Assembly (NCBI GenBank): GCA_965112735.1
Contig: OZ218958.1
Location: 620,001-684,000, forward strand
Source of the DNA: Phaeosaccion multiseriatum
Taxonomy: Eukaryota > Protista > Ochrophyta, other classes
DNA length: 64,000 nt
Direction: 5' to 3'
A program made the translations under genes and the position numbers. Below the pieces are notes generated by a model that had not been told where the DNA came from, did not search any database, and was given only the letters and a program-made list of their open reading frames with translations. How positions within the stretch are numbered: the stretch's first letter is position 1; each line of letters opens with the position of its first letter. Shown here one piece after another: positions 8,623 to 21,080 of the stretch.

Positions 8623-11600
8623 ATGTGAGATAAGCCATGAAGGCAACACACTCAACCAAACCCAGTCACACCTAGTCATACACACACACCACACACCCAA
8701 CACCCACCCACCCAAGACACCCAAGCACACTCACCTGAGCACGCCATTAGTGCCTGCGGCGTCTAGCGGCACGACAAGGGCAACGACGCTGAGGAAGCCC
8801 ATGAGTTGTACAAGAGCGAGGAGGGACGTGAAGAAGCGCCACGAGCCGGAGAGGCTGGACAGAAATAGGAGGGCGAAGAAGCTCGTCACTCTGAGGGGGG
8901 AGGGGGAGAAGAAGGTGATGGTTGATCAGACGAACGGAGGATGGACGGAGGGAGGCACGGAGAGAAGGCGTCAGTTGAAGTGTGTTCGGCTCTCTCCTCT
9001 GCTGGGATGGCAGTGGATGGCAGTGAATGCGGACCGGTCTCAGACATGGCTGAACAGAAGAAGATTCCTTCTCGTGCATCCTTGGACACACCTGTTCCCT
9101 CCCGCCCTCTCTCTTCCCCCCCCCCCGCTCCCTCCCTCCCTCCCTCCCTCCCTTCCTCCACTCACCCGAAAGCGGTATAAATGAGGCCGTAGTTGGTTCC
9201 CGCGTGCCTCTGGCCAAACAATGAAACCGTCGCCGTCGGATACACTGCGTAGTTGCCTCCGTGCGTGAAGGAGATGGCACACGTCACCGCAAGGAAATCG
9301 AGCCTCGCAGACAGTGCAAAGCTGTAGAACCAAAGCAAGCAGAACTCGATTGCACTCATGAGCAGCAGACACCACCCCCAGCCGATCTGGTCGCTTAGAT
9401 AGCCCCAGGCCAGGCGACCAGCGGCGCCAAAGAGGGCAGCGCAAGACCCGACCATGGCCAGAAACTGGTCGTCGTTGATGGATCCGGATAGAAGGCCGTC
9501 GGTGGCGCCGCTGCTGCTACTGCTACTGCTGCTGCTACCGCTGCTACCAAGGCCGTCGCTGGCGCTGCTGCGCGTACTACTGCAGGGCGTGGGGGGTGGG
9601 ATGGGATGGGATGGCAGTGGATGGGAGCTTACCGTAACGGAAAACAGAGGGAGTAACCGACTGTGCCCAAGGAGCCCCTCAAAATATAGTCCACACGACG
9701 TTCTCTGGCCCTCTCCACCTCTCTCCACCTCTCTCTCTCTCCTTTCCCCGTTTCGCTCTCTCTCTCGCTCTCCCCCCCCCCCCGTCTCTCTCTCTCTCTC
9801 TGTTTGTGCTTGTGCCTGCGCGTGTGTGTTTGGGAAAGTCCGGAGAGCGAAGCTGCTATAAGCTTCCCGCTCTTCTTACCTGCTGCCACCGCCGAAGAAA
9901 TCTATCCCATCTCCCTCCTGCTCCCCCGCGATGTTCTTGTAAGTTCCTTGATGGAACGAGAGAGGGGGGGAGGGAGGGAGGGAGGGAGGGAAGGAGGGAG
10001 GGAGACATGGAACATTGGCATGAGCACTAACACACTGATAGACTGAGAGGTGACGAGCACTGACACACACTGAAACTGAAACTGAACCTGAATCTACCCG
10101 CCGCCATTGACTGCCATCTCTTGATCAATCCATCAGTCCATCAACCTGCTGCCAGTGCCGCTTGCATGACTCACCAATGACGAAGAGCCCCGAGAGGCCC
10201 GTGAGACAGAAGGTCAGCGCCAAGTGCCAAGCCGTGTGAGACCGCACTAATGCCCCTGTGTGCAGTTGCCCCATAGCGCTGGGCATGGGCTCGAATACAG
10301 TCACCGGCAGGGGCGAAGGCCTCTGTCGCCTCCGGGTAGGCGCCGAGCGGAGAGAAGTTGACACTAATCCTGGCTCCGATCCTGATCCCGGCCTTGACCC
10401 TGACGCTGACCCTGACCCTGGCCCTGACCCTGACCCTGACCCTGACCCTGACCCTGACCCTGACCCTGACCCTGACCCTGACCCTGGGCGTAAGTCTGAG
10501 GCTGAGCTACGAGAGCCGCCTTGTCCCCGCGTTTGCAGTCCCTCCTCCGCTCCTTCTCCCTCTCCCCCCTCCTCTTCCTGCTCTTCCTCGTCTTCCTCCT
10601 CCGCCGCCGCCTCCTCCTCCTCCTCCTCCTCCTCCTCCTCCTCCTCCTCCTCCTCCTCCTCCTCCTCCTCCTCCTCCTCCTCCTCCTCCTCCTCTTCCTC
10701 CTCTTCTTCCTCCTCCCCCTCCTCCTCCCCCTCCTCCTCCTCCTCCTCCTCCTCCTCCTCCTCCTCCTCGCCCCACCTTCCAAAGCTCCCTCCTAACAAG
10801 GCGACTCCGCTGCCTCTGCTCCCTTCTGTGCCGCCCCTCGCAACCTTAATATCGTTGTAGTAGCGGTGATGCTGCCCAATGTACCTCTCCCGAGACGGCC
10901 CGTTGGTGCTTCCCATCTTCTGTGTCATCGTCTGTGATTCCATATGGCGATGGATGGGTGAAAGGGGGAAAGAGAGAGACAGAGAGAGAGATGGAGAGAG
11001 ATGGAGAGAGACAGAGACAGAGAGACAGAGACATGAGGCGAGAAGACAGCAGGAAGGAGAGGTTAGAGCGGCGTCAGAGATACAGAAGCGCAGCGTAAGT
11101 CTCTCTCTACCCCTCTCTGTCTCTCTCTCTCTCTGTCCTTCTTTGTCTCTCTCTGCCCCTGTCTCTCTCTCTCTCTTCTCCTTCTCTCTCTATACATCTC
11201 TCTCACCTCCGCAGAGCACCCCTTCGTCAGCTCAAGGCCACTCTGCCGTCCCATCCTCCTGCCCCCCCCTTTGGTGCTCCTCAAGTCGCTACTCTGTATG
11301 TCCAACTCAAGTGGCACAGCCAGGCCAACTGTGAGTTGGTTGGGCTGCAGCAGGTCCGCCGGAGGGGCGTGCAGCAGCAGCAGGCCAGCGGCAAACATGA
11401 GCCCATATAGAGCACCCAGCACTACGAACATGTCTGGGGAGGAGGATGGCAGGGGATGGCAGGGGATGACAGGGAGAGTGTTGAGGTGAGAGGATCCGGG
11501 AGGGGATGGCAATGGATCGAGGGGCGAAGGAACAGCCGCACACACATCTCCACACCCACGCGCGCACGCACATACACACCCTCCCTCATTCCCTCACCCC

Positions 11601-12830
11601 CTCACCATCTCACCTTCTAACTCCCTCACACCCGCTCATACACTCACTCCCTCACACACTCACACTCTCATCCCTTCACTCCCTCACCATCTCACCCTCT
11701 CACCCTCTCACCCTCTCACCCCCTCATCCCCTCATCCCCTCATCCCCTCACACACCCTCACCCTCACACGCTCACACCCATACCCTCCCCCCATCACCCC
11801 CTCACCCCCTCACCTGGCACCCTGCTCGCCACCGCTTCGCTGTAGTACCTCTCTCCGTCGTCCGCCCTTGCTGACTGCACATCTGGAGGCATATCGTCCG
11901 GGTTGACGTAGGCCGTGGCGAGGAAATCAAAGCAGAATGCACCCACCCCGAAGCCGCACACCGTGATGCCCGTCACCAGGCCCTGCGAAAGGGAGGAGCA
12001 GCACGCAGCGTGCACGAGAGGCGACACGAGCGAGTCGAGGGTGTCACGATTCCATCCATGTGGTCGAAAGGGGGAGAGAACCTCTGCGTATCTCTGCCTG
12101 CTTACCTTGCGGTCTGGTAGCCACGCGTAGGCGACCACGAGGGGGCATGTGTCTGGCCGTGCGGATGTATACATAGTATAAGTGAGGTTGGGAGGGAAAG
12201 GGGGAGATGGAAAGATGATTATGCGCCTGCTTTCCGCTTTCATGCTGCTGAGCGAATGAATAGAGAGGCAGACAGCAAAGCGCTGGCACAATCAAACAAG
12301 GCAAAGGAGAGGAAAGCAATCGTAAGAGGCTTACATGCAAAGCCGACGCCCATGCCCACGATGACACCATAGCAGAGCACCATACTCCACAGCGAGTCGG
12401 CAAAGTAGGACAGCAGGGTGCCGCCCACCACCAGCGCCCCGCCCAGCACGACGGTACGCATGGTTCCGATGGCCTCCTGCACCTTCCCTCCCAGGGGCAG
12501 CACACAGGCCTGGCCCGCCAAGGCCGCCGCGAAGACGGCAAGGGTGTCTGCGTAGGTTATTCCCGGAGAGAAGAGGCGCAGGTAGGAGGTGATATAGGAG
12601 GTCAGGTTGCCCCACATGTACAGCGCTCCCAGTGCACAGTGGATCAGGAAGCCTCCGAAGACAGTCTCCCATGCTTGGCGCTGCTGCTGCTGCTGCGCCC
12701 TGCGCCTTGAGCCTGGACCAAGTGATTCTGGGCGAAAGCAGTTCAGCGACGGAGCAAGAAGCTGCTGCTTTTCTACTGGCGGTCGAAGTGGCGGTCGTAA
12801 CGGTGCCATAGCTTTCGCTGATGTGGACAC
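8518..12830 (-). CDS. Multi-exon MFS transporter, oxalate/formate antiporter (OFA)-like
   Basis: Exons read WETVFGGFLIHCALGALYMWGNLTSYITSYLR; YGVIVGMGVGFA..CPLVVAYAWLPDRK; GLVTGITVCGFGVGAF; GRLAWGYLSDQIG; GGNYAVYPTATVSLFGQRHAGTNYGLIY. GT-AG introns; last exon and stop inferred by hand splicing. Confidence 0.85.
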
Positions 12831-12961
12831 TATGTGTCCTAATTGTTGAAGCCACCCTCTCCCACACTCAGCTCGACAAGCTCGACCGGAAGGTCCGACG
12901 GCGGCTGGGCCGGGAGATCGTAACGGACAGATCCAATCCAGTTTGCTGTACTTCGAAAAGG

Positions 12962-15900
12962 ATGGCTCCCAGGCAGGCCCACGAGGGGCAGCAGCCGCTC
13001 CACACCATCGAGCCTGATGTGTCTAGCACAGAGATCATGGAGAGGGTCGCTAAGCGCCTCGCTAAGGCCCGGAATGGACACCAGACGCTGAGCGTGGAGC
13101 AGGCAAGTCAACCATTTCCGGTCTACTCTCTGAATACCACTCTCTCCTCCTCCTTCCCCTTCATCTCTATGGAGGCCACAAGCCGGCCCATGCGTTCAAT
13201 CTACTCAGCAGCCTCTCTTCCCCATTTCATCTCATCTTTCCGCAGGTGATGCGTTGCTGGAGAGCCGTGTCCAAAACCATCGCCGATGCCCTCCTCATTC
13301 GGGGAAGAGGCACCCGCGTGGAGGGCCTGGTAAGTAAGAGGGAGAGGAGCAGAGAGGGAGAGAGAGAGAGGGGGGGGGGGGATAAAGAAGAGAAACGCTA
13401 TCGACCAGCATGAACAAAAGTGTCTTTCTACATCTCTTTCCTCTCGGGCTCTGTGCCTTTCTCATCATCATTATACTCAACGCATGTACAACCCCAACCC
13501 CCTGCTCAGCCGTCCCCCCCCCATATACCCCTTCCCCTCTGTAGGGAACCTTCACCGTGGATGGCAAAGGCGCACTGAGCTTCCAAACGTGCGGCACCCT
13601 TGCAACTCGACACCGGCTGATTGAATATGACCACCCTCCCGCCAACGCCGCCTTCGCCACCATCAATGAGAAGCTCTCCCTCACCAAAGTTGCTAAGGCT
13701 GCCAACGAGGATAGAGCCACCGTAGAAAAGGTGGGCGTATGTTTGTGTGCATGTGTGTGTGTGCGTATGTGTGAGAGAGGGAGAGAGAGACGCTGATGAT
13801 TTCCCCTCCCCCGCTTTCTCTATACCTACCCACACCCACACCACCCACTCCAAAGGTCGTGGCGTTGGTACTCCGAGAGGCCAACGACGCAATGCAGGAG
13901 GAGCACAAGCAGGGCGCGGGGGGGGGGAAGGGTCACCTGCACACCCACACCCACACCCACACACTTTCACACAACCATCACAAGAAGAGTGCTGCCCTGA
14001 TGCTGCACCCCCTTGGCGAGTTCGTTTGTGTGCCCCACAGAGCGGCCTCCATGCGCTTCCTGCCCAAGTTCAGGGCGGACTTTGCGCAGAGGAGGAAGGC
14101 GATGGCAGCAGACGCCATCCCCAAGGGGGGTGGAGGCGTGTTGGTGGGAGGGGCGGGCGGGGAGAACAAGCCGAAGAAGATAAGGCCTACGCCTCGCGCG
14201 GATGCCGTGAAGAGGTGAGTGTGCGATGGTCCCGTGGGGTGGGCGCGTCGAGGTGCTCAAGATCACCGTTCGCTGACGTAATGTTCACTCAGCCTCTTGT
14301 CAGGCTACTTCACGGGCAATGTCGCTGTGTTTGCCCTCCCTCCCTCACCCTCTCCTTCCCCTCCCCTGTATGCATCTAACCCCCCCCCCCCCTCTACTGT
14401 CCTTCGCCTGCCGGCCGTTCTTACTCTCTCCCGTCCTCCCCCCTCCCCATATGCCTCTACTCCACTTCTCTCTCTCCCTCTGTCTCTCCCTCCCTCCCCT
14501 CCCTCCCCTCACTCACTCACTCACTCACCCCCTGAGCAGACAAGTGGATCAGATGCGACGGACCGCCGGCCTGAAACACACCTCCTCAGAGGCAGCGCGG
14601 AGGGCAGAGGCTGAGAGGGGGAAGGAGTCGGAGCTAAGGAGGTATGATAGGCTGCCATCTCCAGGGAGAACCGCCACCAACAGCGACCTGGGCAGGTGGG
14701 TGGATTAGTGTGGGTTTGTTGGTGGCTTACACGTTGGTGGTACAACAGTTGGTGATACAGCAGCCGCGGCTCTGCGAGGGCCCACGTACCAGCAGCAGTC
14801 GGTGATGCTGTTGTAGCAGCAGCATTTGTTGACTTTGATCCTCACCCTCGCCCTCACCCTCAACCTCACCTCCACCCTGACCCTTGGGATGTAAAACGCA
14901 GCGATTACGAGTACCGCCAGTGTGCGGCGATGCCTCCGGGGAGGAAGGAGGGTTTCCGAACCCGGACTCGTGGACACGGGCATGTGTCCTCGGCAGCGAG
15001 CTACGCATCCAGCGAGGCTCCTCCTTCGAGTAGCGAGGGTGGCGATGCCCATGTGGCTATATCGCCAGCGGGCAGGGGGGATGGCAGTGGATGGGAAGGG
15101 TTCTTGACTCGGGGAGGAGGGGGAGGAGGAGGGGGAGGAGGAGGGGGAGGAGGAGGGGGAGGAGGAGGACGAGGAGAAGAGAGACGGGGGGGGGGCAGGA
15201 GGGAAGGACTATATGGGGGCATGGATGCGCGGGCAGTGGCATCCTCTGCGCTTGGGAGTGGGTCCAGGGGGGGACCCAATCACGGCCACGACGGCCACGA
15301 AAGGCAGCAGCGGTACCAGCAGCAGGATCAGGACTTCCACCACTATCACCACCATCACCGCTTCCAAGACGAACGCTCCCCCCAGCGCAAGCACCCGCTG
15401 CAGCAGCAGCAGCAGGCGCAACAGGAGACGTTGGTTTTCCAGCAGCAGGAGCAGCAGGAGCGGTTGGCTCTACAGCGCGGAAAGGCGCTGAAGACAGTGC
15501 AGCAGTTGAGAGCGCGCATCCTTCGCCGCGGAGGTGGAGACAGGGGGGGGGGGAGGGAGGAGGAGGAGGAGGAGGAGGAGGAGGAGGGGGAGGAGGAGGC
15601 GTTGCGGTCGGTGGCGAGGGTGCTGCAGGTGATGGATGAGGATGGCAGTGGACAGCTAAGCAGGGAGGAGCTGCATTGGGGGCTGAAGGACTACGGCATT
15701 ACGTTGGGCAGTAGGGAGCTCAGCGAGGTGAGGATATGAGGGGAAGAGGAGGAGGAGGAGGAGGAGGAGGAGGAGGAGGAGGAGGAGGAGGAGGAGGAGG
15801 AGGAGGAGGAGGAGGAGGAGGAGGAGGATAAAAGTTTTGTTCTTCCATTGTATTGCTTCCCCTCCCCTCCCTAACCCCTCCCCTCCCCTTCCGCGCCTCA

Positions 15901-18900
15901 CATGATGATTCCCCCCCCCCTCCCCTCCCCTCCCCACCCTTCAGCTGTTCAACTATTTTGATACAGATGGCTCGGGCAGCATCAGCTTTGACGAGCTCAT
16001 GCGAGGTTTGAGGGATGCGCGCTCCAGCAACAAGAGCATGACGAGAGATGGCAGCAGACGGAACAGGGGCACGCTGGGGGGTGGGGGGCAGCACAGGGGG
16101 AGGGGGGTGATGAAGGAGGAGGAGCACGGCCACAAGCACGGATACAGACATGAGGTAAGAGAGGCGAGAAGAGGAGAGAGGGGAGCTGAGGTGGGGTGGG
16201 GAGAAAGAGAGGAAGGAGGGAGTGGACGGTTGAATGGTCCACCATGCGGGCTGGGCTGGGGCTGGCGGCTGTGAGCGTGTTCAGTCTGAAGTCGAATCCC
16301 TCTCTGTATCCACCCCCCACCCACCCCCCACCCACCCCCCACCCTCCGTCCCGGTGTGGGCCGTCGGTCCTCGTTCCCTCTCCCTTCCCTCCTGATCTGA
16401 TCTCATCTGATGTAATCTCACCTAACCCCATCTTATATCTCATGTAGTGTGTTGTCTTTATCTTTGCTTACGTAAGCATTGTCCTATCTTTGCTTACGTG
16501 AGCACCTGACCCTCATCCCACTCCTGCCTGCAGAGGGCTCTGGGCTCCCCCGGTGTGAACGAGGTGGGCTTTCACAGCAGACGGGACAGGACGGGCAGAC
16601 AGGCTTGGGGGGCTGCCGATACCCAACAAGCAGCAGCAGCAGCAGCAGCAGCGAAGCAGACGAGGCGCAATGGACCAGATGAACGACGAGAAGGAGGAGG
16701 AGGGAGAGGAGGAGAAAAAGGGGGCGGGGCTCCTAGTCGAGGTGGACGAGGAGGAGGAGGAGGAGGAGGAGGAGGAGGAGGAGGAGGAGGAGGAGGAGGA
16801 GGAGGAGGAGGAGGAGGAGGAGGAGGAGGAGGAGGAGGAGGAGGAGGAGGAGGAGGAGGAGGAGGAGAAGGAGCGCTGATGACGGTGGCGGAGGGGGAGG
16901 AGTGGCAACTGCTTGAGGCCCTCCTGTACACACCGCCCGCCAACGTGGAGATGTTGGTCAGCAAGCTCCAAGTGTCACAGGTGGCGGAGGCTCCTCATAT
17001 GGCGACTGCTGCTTTTGTGCAACGCCTTGTGCAGCTGGTGAGGCACTCAGGGAGGGATGGATGGAGGGAGGGAGGGAGGGAGGGAGGGGAGGGGAGGGGC
17101 CATTTAGCGGGGCACCGTTGCAGCTGTTTCACCAACTGCTGCTGTTGCTCACTGAGAGGGCACAGCGAGTCGTCGCTCTCTCCACCGCCACTTTCGACCG
17201 TTATGTCCCGACATCCTCGCTAATCTCTGACTTCTTACATCCTCACCACGTTCCCCTTTCGCCTTTCCTTCACAACCACTCAGTCCCACCAGTTGGGGAT
17301 ACAGCAACAGCAGCAGCAACAGCAGCAAGGGTTGCAGCAGGCAACCGTGCCCAACTTGTCAGTACGTAAGCTGACCAAGAAGGCAGCCACGCAGCTGGCC
17401 TCGGTGTGCGATCCCCGGGGGCGCAGCAGCATCGATGTGACGTGGCTGCACAGAGAGCTCGCGGACCGTTTCGGAAAGTGCCGAAAGGGCGGTATGGGGG
17501 GGGCAGGCGGTGCGAGTAGCCTTGACAAAGTGAGTGAGTGACTTACTGAGTCCGCGAAGTGCAGTTGCTTAGGCTTTACATTCAACGGACACTGACATTC
17601 TGTCACTTACTCATGCGTCCCCCTCCTCCCTCCCTTCCTCAATTCTTCCTTCCCTTCCTCTCTTCCTCCCTTTCTCCCTCCCTCCCTCCCCCCCCCCCCC
17701 TCCCCCCTCTCCCCCCTCCCCCCCTCCCCCCCTCCCTCCCTTCCTTCCTCTCTTCCTCCCTCCCTCCCTCCGTCCGTCCGTCCGTCCCTCCCCCCCCGAC
17801 ATCACAGGTGAAGAACAAGATCCTCTCTCGGGGTGGAGGTGGCGGTTTGCGCGACCTGTCCAAAGTGCTTCGCCGACTTAGTATGTCAGGGAAGGACGAG
17901 ACCCACCACGGCAGTGGCCGAAGGGGTGGAGCGGTTCTACTGACCAAGACAACGCTCAAAGCCGGTCTGGAGGAGTGCGGTGTTCATCTCAACCTCAAGG
18001 AGCTCGATGACGTTTTCACCTCCCTCGACCGGTAAGTACTTGGTGGGAGAGGAGGAGGAGGAGGAGGAGGAGGAGGAGGAGGAGGAGGAGGAGGAGGAGG
18101 AGGAGCAGGAGGAGGAGCAGGAGGAGGAGCAGGAGGGGGAGGAGGAGGAGGAGGAGGAGGAGGAGGAGAGGAGGAGGAGGGGGAGGAGGAGGAGGAGGAG
18201 GAGGAGGAGGAGGAGGAGGAGGAGGAGGAGGAGGAGGAGGAGGAGGAGGAGGAGGAGGAGGAGGAGGAGGAGGAGGAGGAGGAGGAGGAGGAGGAGGAGG
18301 AGGAGGAGGAGGAGGAGGAGGAGGAGGAGGAGGTGGTGGTGGTGGTAAGGGGGGGGTGGGGGGGATAGCAACGGATGGAGGACAGTCATGCGGACAGAGA
18401 AGCCCCTTTACACCTCCCCGACCCCCCTTCTCACTCCTTAACTTCGCCTCCTCCTCCTATTACGTCTACTACTCCTTCTCTCCTACTCCTCCTCCTCACA
18501 GGGACCACAGCGGCACCATCGACTTTGAAGAGCTGCTGAACGGGCTCCGAGGCGGGATGGGCCCTCGCAGAGAGAGGCTTGTAGAGCAGGCCTACGTGGT
18601 GCTCGAGAGGAGCAGTGGCGGAGGGGGGGAGGTGAGTAGGCTTGGGGGTGGGGGGAGGGAGGAGGAGGCCCAACTATAAGGGGGTGGGGGATGGGGCGGG
18701 TGTGAGTCATGGTAAGAGAGGCGCCAGAATGGAGAGCTGAGCGGAAGGGAGGGTCCTCGGGTGCTACATTGTTGACGTCGATATCCTATATCGATTGTCC
18801 TGGCTGTCTATATCTCCCCCCTGCCCTCTCCTCACTGCTCTGCCCTGCCCTGCCCTTCCCTGTATCACCAACTGCCCTGCCCTGCCCTGCCCTGTATTAC

Positions 18901-20039
18901 CAACTGCCCTGGCCTGCATCACCAACTGACAGGTGACTCTGGAGGACGTAACACATGCCTACGACGCGTCTTGGCACCCCGCAGTCAAGGCCGGGCAGGT
19001 GCGGTGCTGCATGATGTTGTTTGCGACGGGTGGCAGCACCCAGTGTGCGCTCAGAACAGGCTGTAGTACTCAGTTTGCGCTCTGACTTGTCTCTACTCTC
19101 TTTATCTCTCTCTCTCCTTTCCCGTCCCCCTCCCTCGCTGACTTACTGCAGAAGTCGGAGCGGCATGTGTTGAGGAAGCTCCTCTCCGCGCTGGACAGGC
19201 TCACAGCGGGGGATGGTGTGGTGGCCTGGCCACACTTCCTCGAGTACTACAAGGTGCGTTGAGGAATTGGTTGTGTTGAAGACACGTCACCCACCCCTAT
19301 GGTTGGGCAGGAAAGACTTGAATTGTCCCTGTTGTGGGGAAACAAAGACCGTCTCTCACCTCCACATCTCATTCCCCTCTTTCCGATACGATGGCACCTG
19401 ACGGCCTTCCAGGACGTGAGCGCGTCCATAGAGGGGGACGAGGCCTTCGACAAGATGATGCGAGAGGCTTGGCATCTTCCCAGCAACAACAGCAGGACGA
19501 AGGATGGCAGCAGACGGGGCAGAGGTGCGCTGGGCGGTGGGGGGCAGCACAGGGCGGGGGGCAACGGCAACATTGACAACAAGCACAACAATGTGAGTTC
19601 AGAGTGCTTCCGCGGACGAGGTGTGCGAGGGGAAGGGTGGTTCGGAGAGGAGGCGACTCCTCGTGGCCACACACGCGGGGCGACTGCGAACATTGCTTAC
19701 TCCTCACGAGGAACGGAGACTGCAGAGAAGAGGGCTCGATCGATGGCACTCAACGGCGGGCGCTTCTTGCCTTCCTCCTACTTTGATGAGGAGGAGTCTT
19801 GTTCGAACCCTTCGCCTTCGAGGAGCGTCGCCAGCGGTGTGGTGAAGCACAATGCGCGAATGACGGCGGCGGAAAGGGTGCAGAAGGCCTTCCGCGGCCA
19901 CCGAGACCGCAAGTGGGCCCACCAGGTGAAACGCTTTGTGCAGGGGGAGAGAGCGCGCAGGGAGGAGGAGAGGCAGGAGAGGGACAAGGAGCGAGGCCGC
20001 CTGCAGAGGACCAAGCAGAAGGGCACCTATGGCTTCTGA
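12962..20039 (+). CDS. Multi-exon protein with N-terminal CCDC81-like HU-type region, calcyphosin-like EF-hand clusters and a C-terminal IQ-like motif
   Basis: VMRCWRAVSKTIADALLIRGRGTRVEGL|GTFT; EF hands MDEDGSGQLSREEL, FDTDGSGSISFDEL, LDRDHSGTIDFEEL; calcyphosin-type tail YDASWHPAVKAG...FLEYYKDVSASIEGDEAFDKMMREAW; AAERVQKAFRGHRDRK. Confidence 0.75.
18050..18331 (+). repeat. (GAG)n microsatellite in an intron; similar tracts at 10560-10770, 15746-15828 and 16748-16866
   Basis: Directly visible triplet repeats. Confidence 0.95.
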
Positions 20040-20280
20040 AGGGACGAGTCAAGAAGAGGAGTAAAGCTCTCGTTGTCTTGTTTTGTCCTTCCTGCTTGAG
20101 GGAGTGAGTCAAGAAGAGAAGCAAGCCCTTGTCTTGTGGGGTGCCCTTCCTCCCTGAGGGAGTGAGTCAAGAAGGGAATCAAAGCCCTTGCTGTAGTGTT
20201 GTTATTGTAGCTGTGTTGCCTTCCTACTGAGGTAGTGAGTCAAGCAAAGCTCTTGTGTTGTTGTTGTGTCGTTCTTCTTC
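20038..20280 (+). repeat. Degenerate ~60-70 bp minisatellite (4 copies) with core GAGGGAGTGAGTCAAG
   Basis: Core recurs near 20040, 20098, 20156 and 20229; the intervening sequences resemble one another. Confidence 0.7.
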
Positions 20281-20877
20281 ATGAGAAGAGCCCCCCCGAG
20301 CAGCTAAAACGAACGATTCAGCCAGCCATAATAGTACTTCAGTTTGTGATCCAAGAGCACGCTCACGCTCGCTTACTGTGAGCCGTGCCTGCCACTTGGC
20401 TGAGTCAGCCAAACTCGCTGGCCTACGCTTCTCATCGCTCCACCGGCCCTCCTCTACTTATTCGCGCTGCGCCCGCCTCGACCTCTCGCGAGTCGTACAG
20501 CGCGTGTTGCTTCTCGCTCCTCCCGCTTCTCTGCCCCCCCCCCCCCACCCCGTGCCGCTATGCACAATTTCGCCACACTCGCCCGGTGAGGCTTCCCCTT
20601 GCCTGCTGCTCTTCGAAGCGCTCGGCCACGACGGAGCGTCGCTGGGCGAGCGGCTTCTGCGCTCTACGCAACCTGCAGCTACCGGAACATCTGACTACCC
20701 CCCTTCGAGCCTTCCTCTCGACGTCTGCAGCGAATGGGGGAGAGTCTTTCTCGAGGCGGATCACTGGGGAGGCCTCTGGGCTCCCCCCCCAATAATGGTT
20801 TCCGATATGGCATGAACAAGTGCCCTTTATTCTCTCCTCCTTTCCCCCCCCCCCTACACCACACTTGGCCCACTACT

Positions 20878-21080
20878 ATGGCGTCCCTTCTCAGGAGGGT
20901 ATTCGATGCCATTAAAGATTACAAATACGATGCGGGCAACTGTCGTATCCGATGGCCTTGCTGCTGGAACTCCGCGGCCCCTCTAGTACTTCGACTGGGG
21001 CCATTGGAAAACTGGGCACATCACCTTTTTTTGTATTGTTTTGCCGGCGGTGCTCTTTTACGGGGTCGCGGGAATTCTCT
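20878..21080 (+). pseudogene. Internally deleted, degenerate copy of the 31310-33492 membrane protein gene
   Basis: 20878-20955 matches 31310-31388 (ATGGCGTCCCTTCTCAGGAGGGTATTCG...) and is joined directly to sequence matching ~33143-33258 (...TTTTGCCGGCGGTGCTCTTTTACG.GGTCGCGGGAATTCTC). Upstream GGTTTCCGAT.TGG.ATGAAC.AGTGCCCTT is also shared. Confidence 0.85.

Noticed and set aside
20038-20280. CRISPR-like repeat/spacer array
   Set aside because: Repeats are degenerate, spacers resemble each other, the context is a eukaryotic 3' flank and there are no cas genes; it is a minisatellite.
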